A DNA stretch of 24,000 nt, from the NCBI RefSeq assembly GCF_023169545.1, contig NZ_AP019769.1:411053-435052 (forward strand), given 5' to 3'. A program made the translations under genes and the position numbers. Shown one piece after another: positions 16,495-24,000 of this stretch. This DNA is from Nanobdella aerobiophila. GTDB lineage: Archaea; Nanobdellota; Nanobdellia; Nanobdellales; Nanobdellaceae. Positions within the stretch are counted from its first letter, which is position 1, and each line of letters starts with the position of its first letter. A model generated the notes under the pieces. That model was not told the origin of the DNA. It ran no database searches and worked only from the letters and a program-made list of their open reading frames with translations.

Positions 16495-16886
16495 AATACA
16501 TTTCTTATACTTAATAAAAAAATTGTTATACCGAAAAATAATATTATAGGATTTGGAAAAGTACCATAATTAGATGCTATATTTCTTACTGCTATATCTA
16601 ATATATTGTTATCGTACAAAGTGAATGCAGAAAACAATATAAGTATAGAGATCATAAAAGATATTAAGTATCCATAATTATTATTCTTATATATTAAGTA
16701 TATAGATATTATTGATATAAAAAGTATTATAAATAAAAATATTTCAACAGATATAACAATATTATAATTAAATATTGGTTTGTATACTATATATGCCACT
16801 AAATCTAAAAATGTTTCTAGAGAAAACAAAGACATAAGTATTAATAAAATTTCTTTCCTTATATTTATACCTTCTACTTTATCCAT
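16449..16886 (-). CDS. Hypothetical membrane protein (about 4 TM)
   Basis: A hydrophobic 145-aa ORF. Its start overlaps the stop of the upstream thiolase gene by 8 nt. Its 3' end overlaps the convergent GT2 gene by 46 nt. Confidence 0.55.
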   Translation of the reverse strand: MDKVEGINIRKEILLILMSLFSLETFLDLVAYIVYKPIFNYNIVISVEIFLFIILFISIISIYLIYKNNNYGYLISFMISILILFSAFTLYDNNILDIAVRNIASNYGTFPNPIILFFGITIFLLSIRNVFYLVNQSSLKKVNKE

Positions 16887-17796
16887 TTTTCAGTTCTAAT
16901 CTTATTTCGCATGCCCTGCATATCTCTCTCGTTGTTGGATAACCGCATATCTTGCATTTATTTAATTTTATATTATTCATATTTTTAAAATCTACTTTTG
17001 CATTATTAATAATTTCTAGTATATTTTTTAATAGTTCTTCATGAAATCCCTCATATATATTTTCAATATTATATAGTTTTGATCTTATATATTCTCTAAA
17101 TTCGCCATTTATGAATGAACATTCGCCGTAGATGGGCGCCAGGTTATTTATTATAGAATATATATAATTTTCTTTTTCAGAATTAAAATAAAAAGGTTTT
17201 ATTCTTGGTATGAAATCTGTTTCAATTATACCAGTATACGGTCCAGTTTTTAGAAGATCTTTTATATTATCTTCAAATATATTCATGATTATTGTTTGTA
17301 ATTCATCATTTAAATTATGCGCAGTAGCAAATTTGTTTATATCTAGATCTTTTGATGCTTTCCACATTAACCACCTTCTCCAGACTCCGCAGATTGTACA
17401 AGACTTCATATCTCTAGATATCTTTAATGCATCTTCTAATCTTGTATTAAAATAATCTTCAAATTTGTATATTTTTATTTCTATATTATATAACCTTGCA
17501 ATTTCTAGTAATTTTAAAGTATCTTTATCCCTATACCCTTTTATACCTTCATCTATATGTACCCCATATACCTTTATATTAAAATATTCTGTGTATTTAT
17601 TTAGGAAATATAATAGAGCATTCGAGTCTTTCCCCCCGGAAACTCCAACACCAATAATATCTCCTTCTTTTATTAAACTATATTTTTCTATTGTTTTTAT
17701 TGTTTTCTCTTCAAAGTATTTTATAAAATGATCTTTACAATAATATAGATCCTTATATCTATATATTGCATTATTATTACAAAAAGAACATTTCAT
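16879..17796 (-). CDS. PP-loop ATPase, tRNA 2-thiolation protein (TtuA/NcsA/Ncs6 family)
   Basis: The N-terminal zinc finger is CSFC...CKDH and the PP-loop is SGGKDS. The Fe-S ligand region is CTICGVWRR plus GEC. The C-terminal zinc finger is CKICG...CRAC. Confidence 0.88.
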   Translation of the reverse strand: MKCSFCNNNAIYRYKDLYYCKDHFIKYFEEKTIKTIEKYSLIKEGDIIGVGVSGGKDSNALLYFLNKYTEYFNIKVYGVHIDEGIKGYRDKDTLKLLEIARLYNIEIKIYKFEDYFNTRLEDALKISRDMKSCTICGVWRRWLMWKASKDLDINKFATAHNLNDELQTIIMNIFEDNIKDLLKTGPYTGIIETDFIPRIKPFYFNSEKENYIYSIINNLAPIYGECSFINGEFREYIRSKLYNIENIYEGFHEELLKNILEIINNAKVDFKNMNNIKLNKCKICGYPTTREICRACEIRLELKNG

Positions 17797-18809
17797 TTGT
17801 TTATTTCATGTATAAAATAATCTTTTATTGCCGGTACAACATCATATATAAACTTGCCTTTTAGTTTTGTCCTAGTTAAATATTTATATTCTACCATCCT
17901 TTTTAGTATATTGGATATGGCATGTATTGTTGCATCATTATATCTTTCTTTAAATAGCTTTAATAATTCGTTAACAGTTTTAGGTCCGTATTTTGATATT
18001 ATCTCAATTATATATTTTTGTTTTTCTGTTAGTTTTAATATATCGGTAGGTGGCCTTTTAGATTCATATATTTTATCAATTATAGATTTATCTACTATAT
18101 TTTTTCTTTCTCTGTATGCTATTAATAATGCTTCATAAGAGTATTTCAGTATCTCTCTTGGTAGACCTCCAGATAGATTATATATCTCTTCTATAGCATC
18201 ATCTGTAAATAGACCAGGGTTTCCAGATATCTCCAATCTCTTCTTAATCAATAACTTTCCGCTTTCCGGATCTAGAGATTTAAGATATATTTTTGATAAT
18301 ATTCTTTCATATAATGTTCTGTGTTCTTTCAATAATCTTTCTTCTAATTCCGGCAATCCAGATAATATAAATGTACAACTAGTCTGATCTGATAATATCT
18401 TTATCCACTCTAGCATATCATCTGTAAAGAAAGTTGCCTCATCAATAAATATAATTAAATTTTTTTTATTTAAATATTCGAGTAGATTATATTTCTTAAT
18501 TTTATATAATATCTTCTCCATTATAGTAAATTTCTCTTTAATATAGTCTTCAAATTCGCTTTTTTCTTTAAAAGGTCTGTATATATAAATTTTATTTTTT
18601 ATTTTTAGATTATTAAATGTCCATAATAATAATGTTGTCTTACCAGCTCCAGTGGGTCCTGATATTAATATTATCTTTTCTTTTCCATTTATGGATGATA
18701 TTAATTTTTCTCTCTCTAAGCTATATCCTACAAAAGTTTGCAGTATTATTTCCAATCTAAATGGATTATCATTTAAATTAAAATACTTTAGTATTTCATT
18801 ATCATTCAT
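17793..18809 (-). CDS. ExeA-like (AAA_22/COG3267-type) AAA ATPase with C-terminal winged-helix-like domain
   Basis: The N-terminal FNLNDNPF resembles the ExeA FGL...PF motif. Walker A is GPTGAGKTT and Walker B is IIFIDEA. LFTDDAIEEIYNLSGGLPREI matches the ExeA-type SGG(I/L)PR block. The C-terminal 90 aa are wHTH-like (TVNELLKLF...ISNILKRM). There is a 4-nt overlap with the downstream thiolase gene. Confidence 0.78.
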   Translation of the reverse strand: MNDNEILKYFNLNDNPFRLEIILQTFVGYSLEREKLISSINGKEKIILISGPTGAGKTTLLLWTFNNLKIKNKIYIYRPFKEKSEFEDYIKEKFTIMEKILYKIKKYNLLEYLNKKNLIIFIDEATFFTDDMLEWIKILSDQTSCTFILSGLPELEERLLKEHRTLYERILSKIYLKSLDPESGKLLIKKRLEISGNPGLFTDDAIEEIYNLSGGLPREILKYSYEALLIAYRERKNIVDKSIIDKIYESKRPPTDILKLTEKQKYIIEIISKYGPKTVNELLKLFKERYNDATIHAISNILKRMVEYKYLTRTKLKGKFIYDVVPAIKDYFIHEINK

Positions 18810-18890
18810 CCTAAAATATTGATTATAAAAAATATTATTAAAGCTTAAAAATATAAAAAATCTAAATTAATAATCATTATAAAGGTCAAT

Positions 18891-18963
18891 AGCCCCGTCG
18901 TCTAGCGGCCCAGGATGTAGGGTTTTGGTCCCTGTGACCGGGGTTCGAATCCCCGCGGGGCTA
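18891..18963 (+). tRNA. tRNA-Gln (anticodon UUG)
   Basis: Acceptor AGCCCCG/CGGGGCT with an A1:U72 pair, as in archaeal tRNA-Gln. Anticodon stem TAGGG/CCCTG with loop TTTTGGT, T arm CGGGG-TTCGAAT-CCCCG, discriminator A. By my count 48 of 73 nt are G or C. Confidence 0.9.
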
Positions 18964-19038
18964 TGTCACTGTATCTAGATAGTTGAAGTTACCTTAAATG
19001 ATAGACACTTTATAAATTGATAAGAATTTATTTTATAT

Positions 19039-19656
19039 ATGATATTGACTCCTTTATTAAATCTAATAAGTTCATATAATTATCTTAAGGTATCCATAGT
19101 ATTTATTTCTATAGTTGTAATTGGTTATTTTATAGGAAAATTAGTATCATTTATATTAAAAATTATATTAAATAAGATACTGGGATTTGATAGCTGGTTG
19201 CATTCCAGAGGGATAGCTCAGGAATACTCCATTACGAATATAATACTAAGTATAATAAGATTTTTTATATATTTTTATTTTATAGGTTATGCTTTCAAGA
19301 TATTACCATATAATATATCAATAATAGGTATTTTATTACTTTCTGTACTAAATTATCTATTAATTATTATACTATCTATGATCATTGCCTTTATAATGCT
19401 TGAAATGATAATAAAAACATCCATAGAACCAATATTAAATAATATAAAATATAAATCAGAAATGATGACTCTACTAAGATTTATAACAATGTTCTTTGTT
19501 CTAGTATTATTATTAAGTTATCTAAATTTATTGTCTCCGATATTATTATATCTATTTATTATATTATTTTCAGGAATGATAATTCCTATATCTATAGCAT
19601 TAGGGATTGCTTTAGGAGACTTGTTTAAAGAAAAAATAAAAGACCTAAAGAAATGA
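19039..19656 (+). CDS. Hypothetical multi-pass membrane protein
   Basis: A 205-aa ORF with about 5 hydrophobic helices. Its stop overlaps the next gene's start by 4 nt. Confidence 0.6.
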   Translation: MILTPLLNLISSYNYLKVSIVFISIVVIGYFIGKLVSFILKIILNKILGFDSWLHSRGIAQEYSITNIILSIIRFFIYFYFIGYAFKILPYNISIIGILLLSVLNYLLIIILSMIIAFIMLEMIIKTSIEPILNNIKYKSEMMTLLRFITMFFVLVLLLSYLNLLSPILLYLFIILFSGMIIPISIALGIALGDLFKEKIKDLKK

Positions 19657-20825
19657 ATTATAAAGAAAGGATAATATTATTGTCTAATAACTTATTAAGT
19701 GGTATATTAAATAGTATATATTTTGTCTACCCATCCTTTTACCATTTTAATTCATCGATATACTTTTTTATAGTATTTATATCGTATTTTGGATCAATAC
19801 TCTCTTCTATAATATTTGGAAATATAAAGGTAAATGGTAATAATTATATAAAGTGGTCTCTAGTTGGTATAGCTGGACCATTATTATCCATATTATTCTT
19901 ATTCTATCCAAACACATATTTATACATATTCTCATATCTATTATTTTCTTTTACATATTATTCTACATATTTTGTATTTTTATTGTATTATAAAGATGTT
20001 AAATTAAATTTCTATTTTAATATTTATTGGACAATTGGAGAAATTATACCACAAATATCATTATTATTTGTATCAATAATGTTAAATTTATATATAATTA
20101 GTATATTGCTCTTATTATCGATATTAGTTGTTTTATCAAGAGAAATATACATGTTTCTATTTACAGAAGCTTATGAACTTAATTTATTAGTGAAAATTGA
20201 TAAGATATTTTCTCAAATAGATCATGATATAAGTAATTTTGGAACGCTAGTTCCACTCTTTGAAGGCCTATTATATCCTATAAATATTAGAAAATTAAAA
20301 TTTGGCTACATTGAATTATATAATTTTTTTGTATTAATCGGTTTTTCTCTTGTATGGTCATCTTTAGTATTTCTTGTTGATAAAATAAATTTAGGAAATA
20401 TATATCCATTATTATTATTCATTAATGGACTATATACTTCGATATTTTATAAGATATATAAGAGAACCATCAATAATAATAATGTAAATATAGGTATATT
20501 AAGCAGATTATCCATGGGCGTAATATTAATTATATTTTCTGTGATTTATTCCGTATTAAGTATACCAATAAATGGAATAATAATGACTGTATTATTTATT
20601 TTAGCTGCTTACTCATGGACTATGTTTCAATTCTTTTTTGATAATTTTATAATAATTAAATATCCAGAAAAATTTGGAAATGTATACTTTTTTAGGAATC
20701 TTGGCGGTATGTTTGGATCAATAATATTATTATTTATATCATTATTTAATGGTCTAATATTATCTTTAGCTATTTTGGGTATATCTATATTCTTTTTTAG
20801 GTCATATTTTAAAAAAGTAATATAG
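19653..20825 (+). CDS. Polytopic membrane protein, possibly an MFS-type transporter
   Basis: A 390-aa ORF with about 10-12 hydrophobic segments. No diagnostic motif, so the transporter assignment is weak. Confidence 0.6.
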   Translation: MNYKERIILLSNNLLSGILNSIYFVYPSFYHFNSSIYFFIVFISYFGSILSSIIFGNIKVNGNNYIKWSLVGIAGPLLSILFLFYPNTYLYIFSYLLFSFTYYSTYFVFLLYYKDVKLNFYFNIYWTIGEIIPQISLLFVSIMLNLYIISILLLLSILVVLSREIYMFLFTEAYELNLLVKIDKIFSQIDHDISNFGTLVPLFEGLLYPINIRKLKFGYIELYNFFVLIGFSLVWSSLVFLVDKINLGNIYPLLLFINGLYTSIFYKIYKRTINNNNVNIGILSRLSMGVILIIFSVIYSVLSIPINGIIMTVLFILAAYSWTMFQFFFDNFIIIKYPEKFGNVYFFRNLGGMFGSIILLFISLFNGLILSLAILGISIFFFRSYFKKVI

Positions 20826-20837
20826 GAATAAATCTTT

Positions 20838-22265
20838 ATGGATTTGAAAATAAATAAAATTGACAATAATATATTTGAAATTAAGGAAGATAAGAATATG
20901 AATGTACCTGTTAGAATTTATGCTAATGAGAATCTAATAGAAAAGATGAAGAATGATAAAACCCTAATACAAGGAAAGAATGTGGCAAGCCTACCTGGAA
21001 TTTATAAATATTCTATAGTTATGCCAGATGGCCATGAAGGATATGGATTTCCGGTAGGTGGTGTAGCGGCTTTTGATATAAACGAAGGAATAATCTCTCC
21101 AGGTGGAATAGGATATGATATAAATTGCGGAGTTAGATTAATAAAAACGAATTTAACTTATAATGAAATAAAGGCAAAATTAAAAGAACTAGTAGAGGAA
21201 ATTTTTAAGAATGTACCAGCAGGTGTTGGGGAAACAGGGAAAATAATACTATCCACAGGTCAATTTAAGGATTCTATCGAGGAAGGATTAGACTGGAGCT
21301 ATAGAGAAGGATACGCATGGAAAGAAGATCTAGATTATATAGAATCTAATGGAAAATTAAAAGAGGCATCAATAGATTATATATCTGATTTGGCTATAAG
21401 AAGAGGTTTAGATCAATTAGGAACTCTAGGATCTGGAAATCATTTTCTAGAAATACAAGTTATTGAAAAAATATTTAATCAAGAGATAGCGAAGATACTT
21501 GGTTTAGAAAATGATCAGGTTATGATAATGATCCATACAGGTTCCAGGGGTTTTGGCCATCAAATAGCTTCAGATTATATAGAATTGGGGTTAAATAAAT
21601 ATAAAGATACAATAGATAGATTACCAGATAGAGAACTAATCTATTTACCATTTCAATCTGAGGAAGGGCAAAAATACTTAAAATCTATGAGTGCTGCAGC
21701 AAATTTTGCTTGGAATAATAGACAATTAATTACTTACCAAATTAGAAGATCATTTGAAAAAGTATATAACCATTCTGCGGAAGATATAGGATTAAATATA
21801 TTATATGACGTAGCGCATAATATAGCAAAAATAGAAAAATATGATAATAAAAAATTAATAGTTCACAGAAAAGGTGCTACAAGAGCATTTCCAGCAGGTA
21901 GTGAAGAACTAGTTAGTAAATATAACAAGATAGGGCAACCAGTTTTAATACCAGGTTCTATGGGAACCGGTTCATATATATTGGTCGCGAATCAAAACTC
22001 CGTAGATCTGTCTTTTGCTTCATCTGCTCATGGTGCTGGTAGAAATTTATCAAGATCTTCAGCAAGAAAAAAATTTAGATATGATGATATAATAAATAAT
22101 TTAAATAAAAAGGGAATAATTGTAAAATCTACAACTAAAGAAGGGATAATTGAAGAAGTTCCGGAAGCTTATAAAGATATAGATGAAGTAGTAAAAGTTA
22201 TAGATTCATTGAATATATCAAATATAGTAGCTAGACTTAGACCAATTGCAGTAATAAAAGGATAG
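20838..22265 (+). CDS. rtcB: RNA-splicing ligase RtcB (3'-phosphate/5'-hydroxyl RNA ligase)
   Basis: Motifs present are PDGHEGYGFPVGGV, GYDINCGVR, GSGNHFLE, HTGSRGFGHQ and HGAGR. The protein is full length (475 aa) with no intein. Confidence 0.96.
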   Translation: MDLKINKIDNNIFEIKEDKNMNVPVRIYANENLIEKMKNDKTLIQGKNVASLPGIYKYSIVMPDGHEGYGFPVGGVAAFDINEGIISPGGIGYDINCGVRLIKTNLTYNEIKAKLKELVEEIFKNVPAGVGETGKIILSTGQFKDSIEEGLDWSYREGYAWKEDLDYIESNGKLKEASIDYISDLAIRRGLDQLGTLGSGNHFLEIQVIEKIFNQEIAKILGLENDQVMIMIHTGSRGFGHQIASDYIELGLNKYKDTIDRLPDRELIYLPFQSEEGQKYLKSMSAAANFAWNNRQLITYQIRRSFEKVYNHSAEDIGLNILYDVAHNIAKIEKYDNKKLIVHRKGATRAFPAGSEELVSKYNKIGQPVLIPGSMGTGSYILVANQNSVDLSFASSAHGAGRNLSRSSARKKFRYDDIINNLNKKGIIVKSTTKEGIIEEVPEAYKDIDEVVKVIDSLNISNIVARLRPIAVIKG

Positions 22266-22409
22266 ATATGAAATATATATTTTGTATCCTACAAATAATA
22301 TTTTTTATAATAGCCGTCAATTAATAATGAAATCTTGATTTTTTATTCGATGATTATATTAGGTAAAATAACACATAAAATATATATCTTACTAAAATAT
22401 ATCTATATT

Positions 22410-22952
22410 ATGAGATCTATATCACCTATTATAGCTACTATATTATTTTTATGTAGGTAAATTTCCTTAAATATCTTCTACCTATGTAGAATATGATAAT
22501 GGAGAATATATGATCTATTTTGGGAGGATCCATTACAGTTAACAAATGGATAAATATAACTGCTACTTCTAGCTCAATAGAATATACTGCTACTACCTTT
22601 TCATCCAATGTAATTTTAGACTTCTAAGGCTATATAGGTCAGCCAACTGGCTCAAACTATTGGAATCCAAATAGTTTCTTTCCAAATACTACTCAAACAT
22701 CTACACCAGAAGGTCAGGTGATTATGTCTATGAATATGGTCCTTCAGGAGGGATATTTCCAACTACTCCGCTTCATCAATTCAAGTTACCGACTATGCAA
22801 TATTTCCAACAGTATTAACTGGGAGTAATACATATTATTGCATAAACTATACACAGATGCCAACATATTATGCGCAACAATCATCATCTCATTACATTTG
22901 GCTCTTCCTAGAAAGGAGAAAGCGACAGACCAACATTTATTTAATAGGCTAG
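22410..22952 (+). pseudogene. Disrupted archaeal type IV pilin-like (class III signal peptide) secreted protein gene
   Basis: ATG at 22410 encodes MRSISPIIATILFLCR, then TAA at 22458. Downstream protein-like S/T/N/Y/G-rich sequence is spread over all three frames. Examples are SILGGSITVNKWINITATSSSIEYTATTFSSNVILDF* (22514-22627), GYIGQPTGSNYWNPNSFFPNTTQTSTPEG, YEYGPSGGIFPTTPL and VTDYAIFPTVLTGSNTYYCINYTQMPTYYAQQ (ending at 22952). The region looks more GC-rich than true intergenic DNA here and has no ORF of 60 aa or more. Confidence 0.55.
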
Positions 22953-23010
22953 AGCTCGTGAATAGCCTCCTAAACGTAGTTATACCTTCTATTTCTTAAA
23001 GATTAAAAAT

Positions 23011-23247
23011 CTATTCGGAAACAATTAATGTTATTGTTTTTTCAACAAAATCTAGAGATCTTATTTTATCTAATAAAAATCTCCTTATATCTTCTAAATT
23101 TTGAACTTCTATCTTTAATATTATATCATATTCTCCATATACAGTATGGTATTCTAATACATTTACTTCCTTCTCTTCTTTAACTCTATCTATAAGATTT
23201 TTCTCCTTCCCTGGCCTTAGATTAACTAATACATAAACAAGCGTCAT
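23011..23247 (-). CDS. Stand-alone Lrp/AsnC ligand-binding (RAM) domain protein
   Basis: At 78 aa, the pattern VYVLVNLRPGKE...V.EYHTVYGEYDIILKIEV.NLEDIRRFL..KIR....V.KT.T.IV matches the AsnC-type C-terminal domain. There is no HTH. Confidence 0.78.
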   Translation of the reverse strand: MTLVYVLVNLRPGKEKNLIDRVKEEKEVNVLEYHTVYGEYDIILKIEVQNLEDIRRFLLDKIRSLDFVEKTITLIVSE

Positions 23248-23552
23248 TTCTTTATCTCTTCTTTTAATTCTTTTATCTCTTTTCTCTGATATTCAATTAC
23301 TATAGCAATAATAGACAACCATAGTACAGATAACCATGTAAATAATGCAGAAATTGTTGAAGAAGCTGTACTTTCTAATACCAATGGTAATTCTATGCTT
23401 TTAAATAATAATAAAAATCCCAATAGCATATTGATGAAAAAACCCACTAGTAAAATTATCTCTAATAAATCTGGTACTTTATAATCAAAATTCACCATAC
23501 TATTATTTTTTAAAAAAAATTTATATATATATTCTATGAGAGCACTAGACAA
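23244..23552 (-). CDS. Hypothetical small membrane protein (2 TM plus charged C-terminal helix); start probably at 23501
   Basis: The ORF has two hydrophobic helices. Starting at 23552, it would overlap the divergent PUA gene start by 17 nt. An internal Met (MVNFDYK, 23501) removes that overlap. Confidence 0.5.
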   Translation of the reverse strand: MSSALIEYIYKFFLKNNSMVNFDYKVPDLLEIILLVGFFINMLLGFLLLFKSIELPLVLESTASSTISALFTWLSVLWLSIIAIVIEYQRKEIKELKEEIKK

Positions 23553-23997
23553 TAAAACAAAAAAGGAACTATTTGATATTTTAATAAATAAATATAAAAT
23601 AAAATGCGAAGAAACAAAAAATGAACAAATATTTATGGATGAAAATAAAATATATTATTATAAAGATACACCAATTGCATTTATAAAAAAAGACAAGGTA
23701 TATCCTACACTATTATTAATAACAAAATATGACAATGACCTAAATTATATAATAGTTAATAATGGAGCAAAGGATAGTATATTAAATGGCGCTGATGTAT
23801 TCAGACCTGGCATTGTAGAATTTTCAGAATTCAAAAAAGGAGATATAGTAATTATTGCATCAGAGGACCAAAAAATTTTAGCAATAGGTGAAGCATTATA
23901 TGATTATAATGAGTTAAATGATATGAAAAAAGGAAAAGTAGCAGAAAATATACACTATTACGGAGATAATATATTTAGATACATTAAAAGACTATAA
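23536..23997 (+). CDS. PUA-domain RNA-binding protein (archaeal COG2016, MCT-1/Tma20-like)
   Basis: The C-terminal PUA signature is ILNGADVFRPGIVEFSEFKKGDIVIIASEDQKILAIGEAL...G. Confidence 0.8.
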   Translation: MRALDNKTKKELFDILINKYKIKCEETKNEQIFMDENKIYYYKDTPIAFIKKDKVYPTLLLITKYDNDLNYIIVNNGAKDSILNGADVFRPGIVEFSEFKKGDIVIIASEDQKILAIGEALYDYNELNDMKKGKVAENIHYYGDNIFRYIKRL

Positions 23998-24000
23998 TTA

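Noticed and set aside
17210-18138. Plus-strand ORFs 17210-17455, 17465-17731 and 17854-18138, antisense to the thiolase and AAA ATPase genes.
   Set aside because: Same reasoning. They are fully embedded in strongly supported minus-strand CDSs and have a hydrophobic junk-like composition.
18810-18890. Replication origin next to the AAA+ ATPase, if it were Orc1/Cdc6.
   Set aside because: The ATPase matches ExeA-type blocks (NPF, SGGLPR) better than Cdc6. The adjacent spacer is only 81 bp, has no repeated ORB-like elements, and must also house the tRNA-Gln promoter.
20627-20866. 79-aa minus-strand ORF spanning the junction between the membrane transporter gene and rtcB.
   Set aside because: It is antisense to two supported plus-strand genes and has a low-complexity translation.
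22268-22324. 18-codon hydrophobic mini-ORF (MKYIFCILQIIFFIIAVN*) starting at 22268, immediately after the rtcB stop codon (22263-22265).
   Set aside because: It is too short and compositionally trivial for an AT-rich genome, with no supporting evidence.
22946-22968. Hairpin AGGCTA-(11 nt)-TAGCCT at the end of the pilin-like pseudogene, considered as a terminator.
   Set aside because: It has only a 6-bp stem. Archaeal termination relies mainly on oligo-T tracts rather than hairpins, so it cannot be distinguished from chance.
1-24000. CRISPR arrays, transposases, integrases, IS termini, rRNA genes, tRNA introns or split tRNA halves.
   Set aside because: I saw no regularly spaced direct repeats and no DDE, tyrosine or serine recombinase-like ORF. 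All five tRNAs fold as complete, uninterrupted cloverleafs. No long GC-rich stretch compatible with rRNA, SRP RNA or RNase P RNA is present.

Overview
This is a very AT-rich, extremely gene-dense archaeal chromosome segment. Many neighbouring genes overlap by 4-11 nt, and three tRNA genes abut or overlap CDS ends. Most of it is translation and RNA-processing housekeeping: aIF2-gamma, a PIN/Fcf1-like nuclease, a DRG-like GTPase, CysRS, an RNA m5C methyltransferase, inorganic pyrophosphatase, S17e, Alba, a YchF/Obg-like GTPase, RNAP subunit N, a TtuA/NcsA-type tRNA thiolase, RtcB and a PUA-domain protein. There are five uninterrupted tRNA genes without encoded CCA: Leu-GAG, Leu-CAG, Arg-UCG, initiator Met and Gln-UUG. 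They are strikingly GC-rich against the AT-rich background. Together with the compaction, this suggests a small-genome thermophilic archaeon, possibly Nanoarchaeota or DPANN-like; that placement is inference only. I also read a canonical C/D box sRNA by eye in the 57-bp spacer upstream of the RNA methyltransferase gene. The most interesting unexplained content is: (1) two divergent tandem paralogs (446 and 425 aa) of a family I cannot place, separated by about 600 bp of non-coding DNA; (2) an aldehyde:ferredoxin oxidoreductase (AOR)-family homolog with no cysteine at all, whose 3' end runs 15 nt into tRNA-Arg; (3) a multiply disrupted archaeal pilin-like pseudogene; (4) a DRG-like GTPase with eroded G3/G4 motifs. 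I found no CRISPR array, transposase, integrase, rRNA or recognisable defence system. The paralog pair is the best candidate for something undescribed, but its function cannot be inferred from sequence inspection alone.
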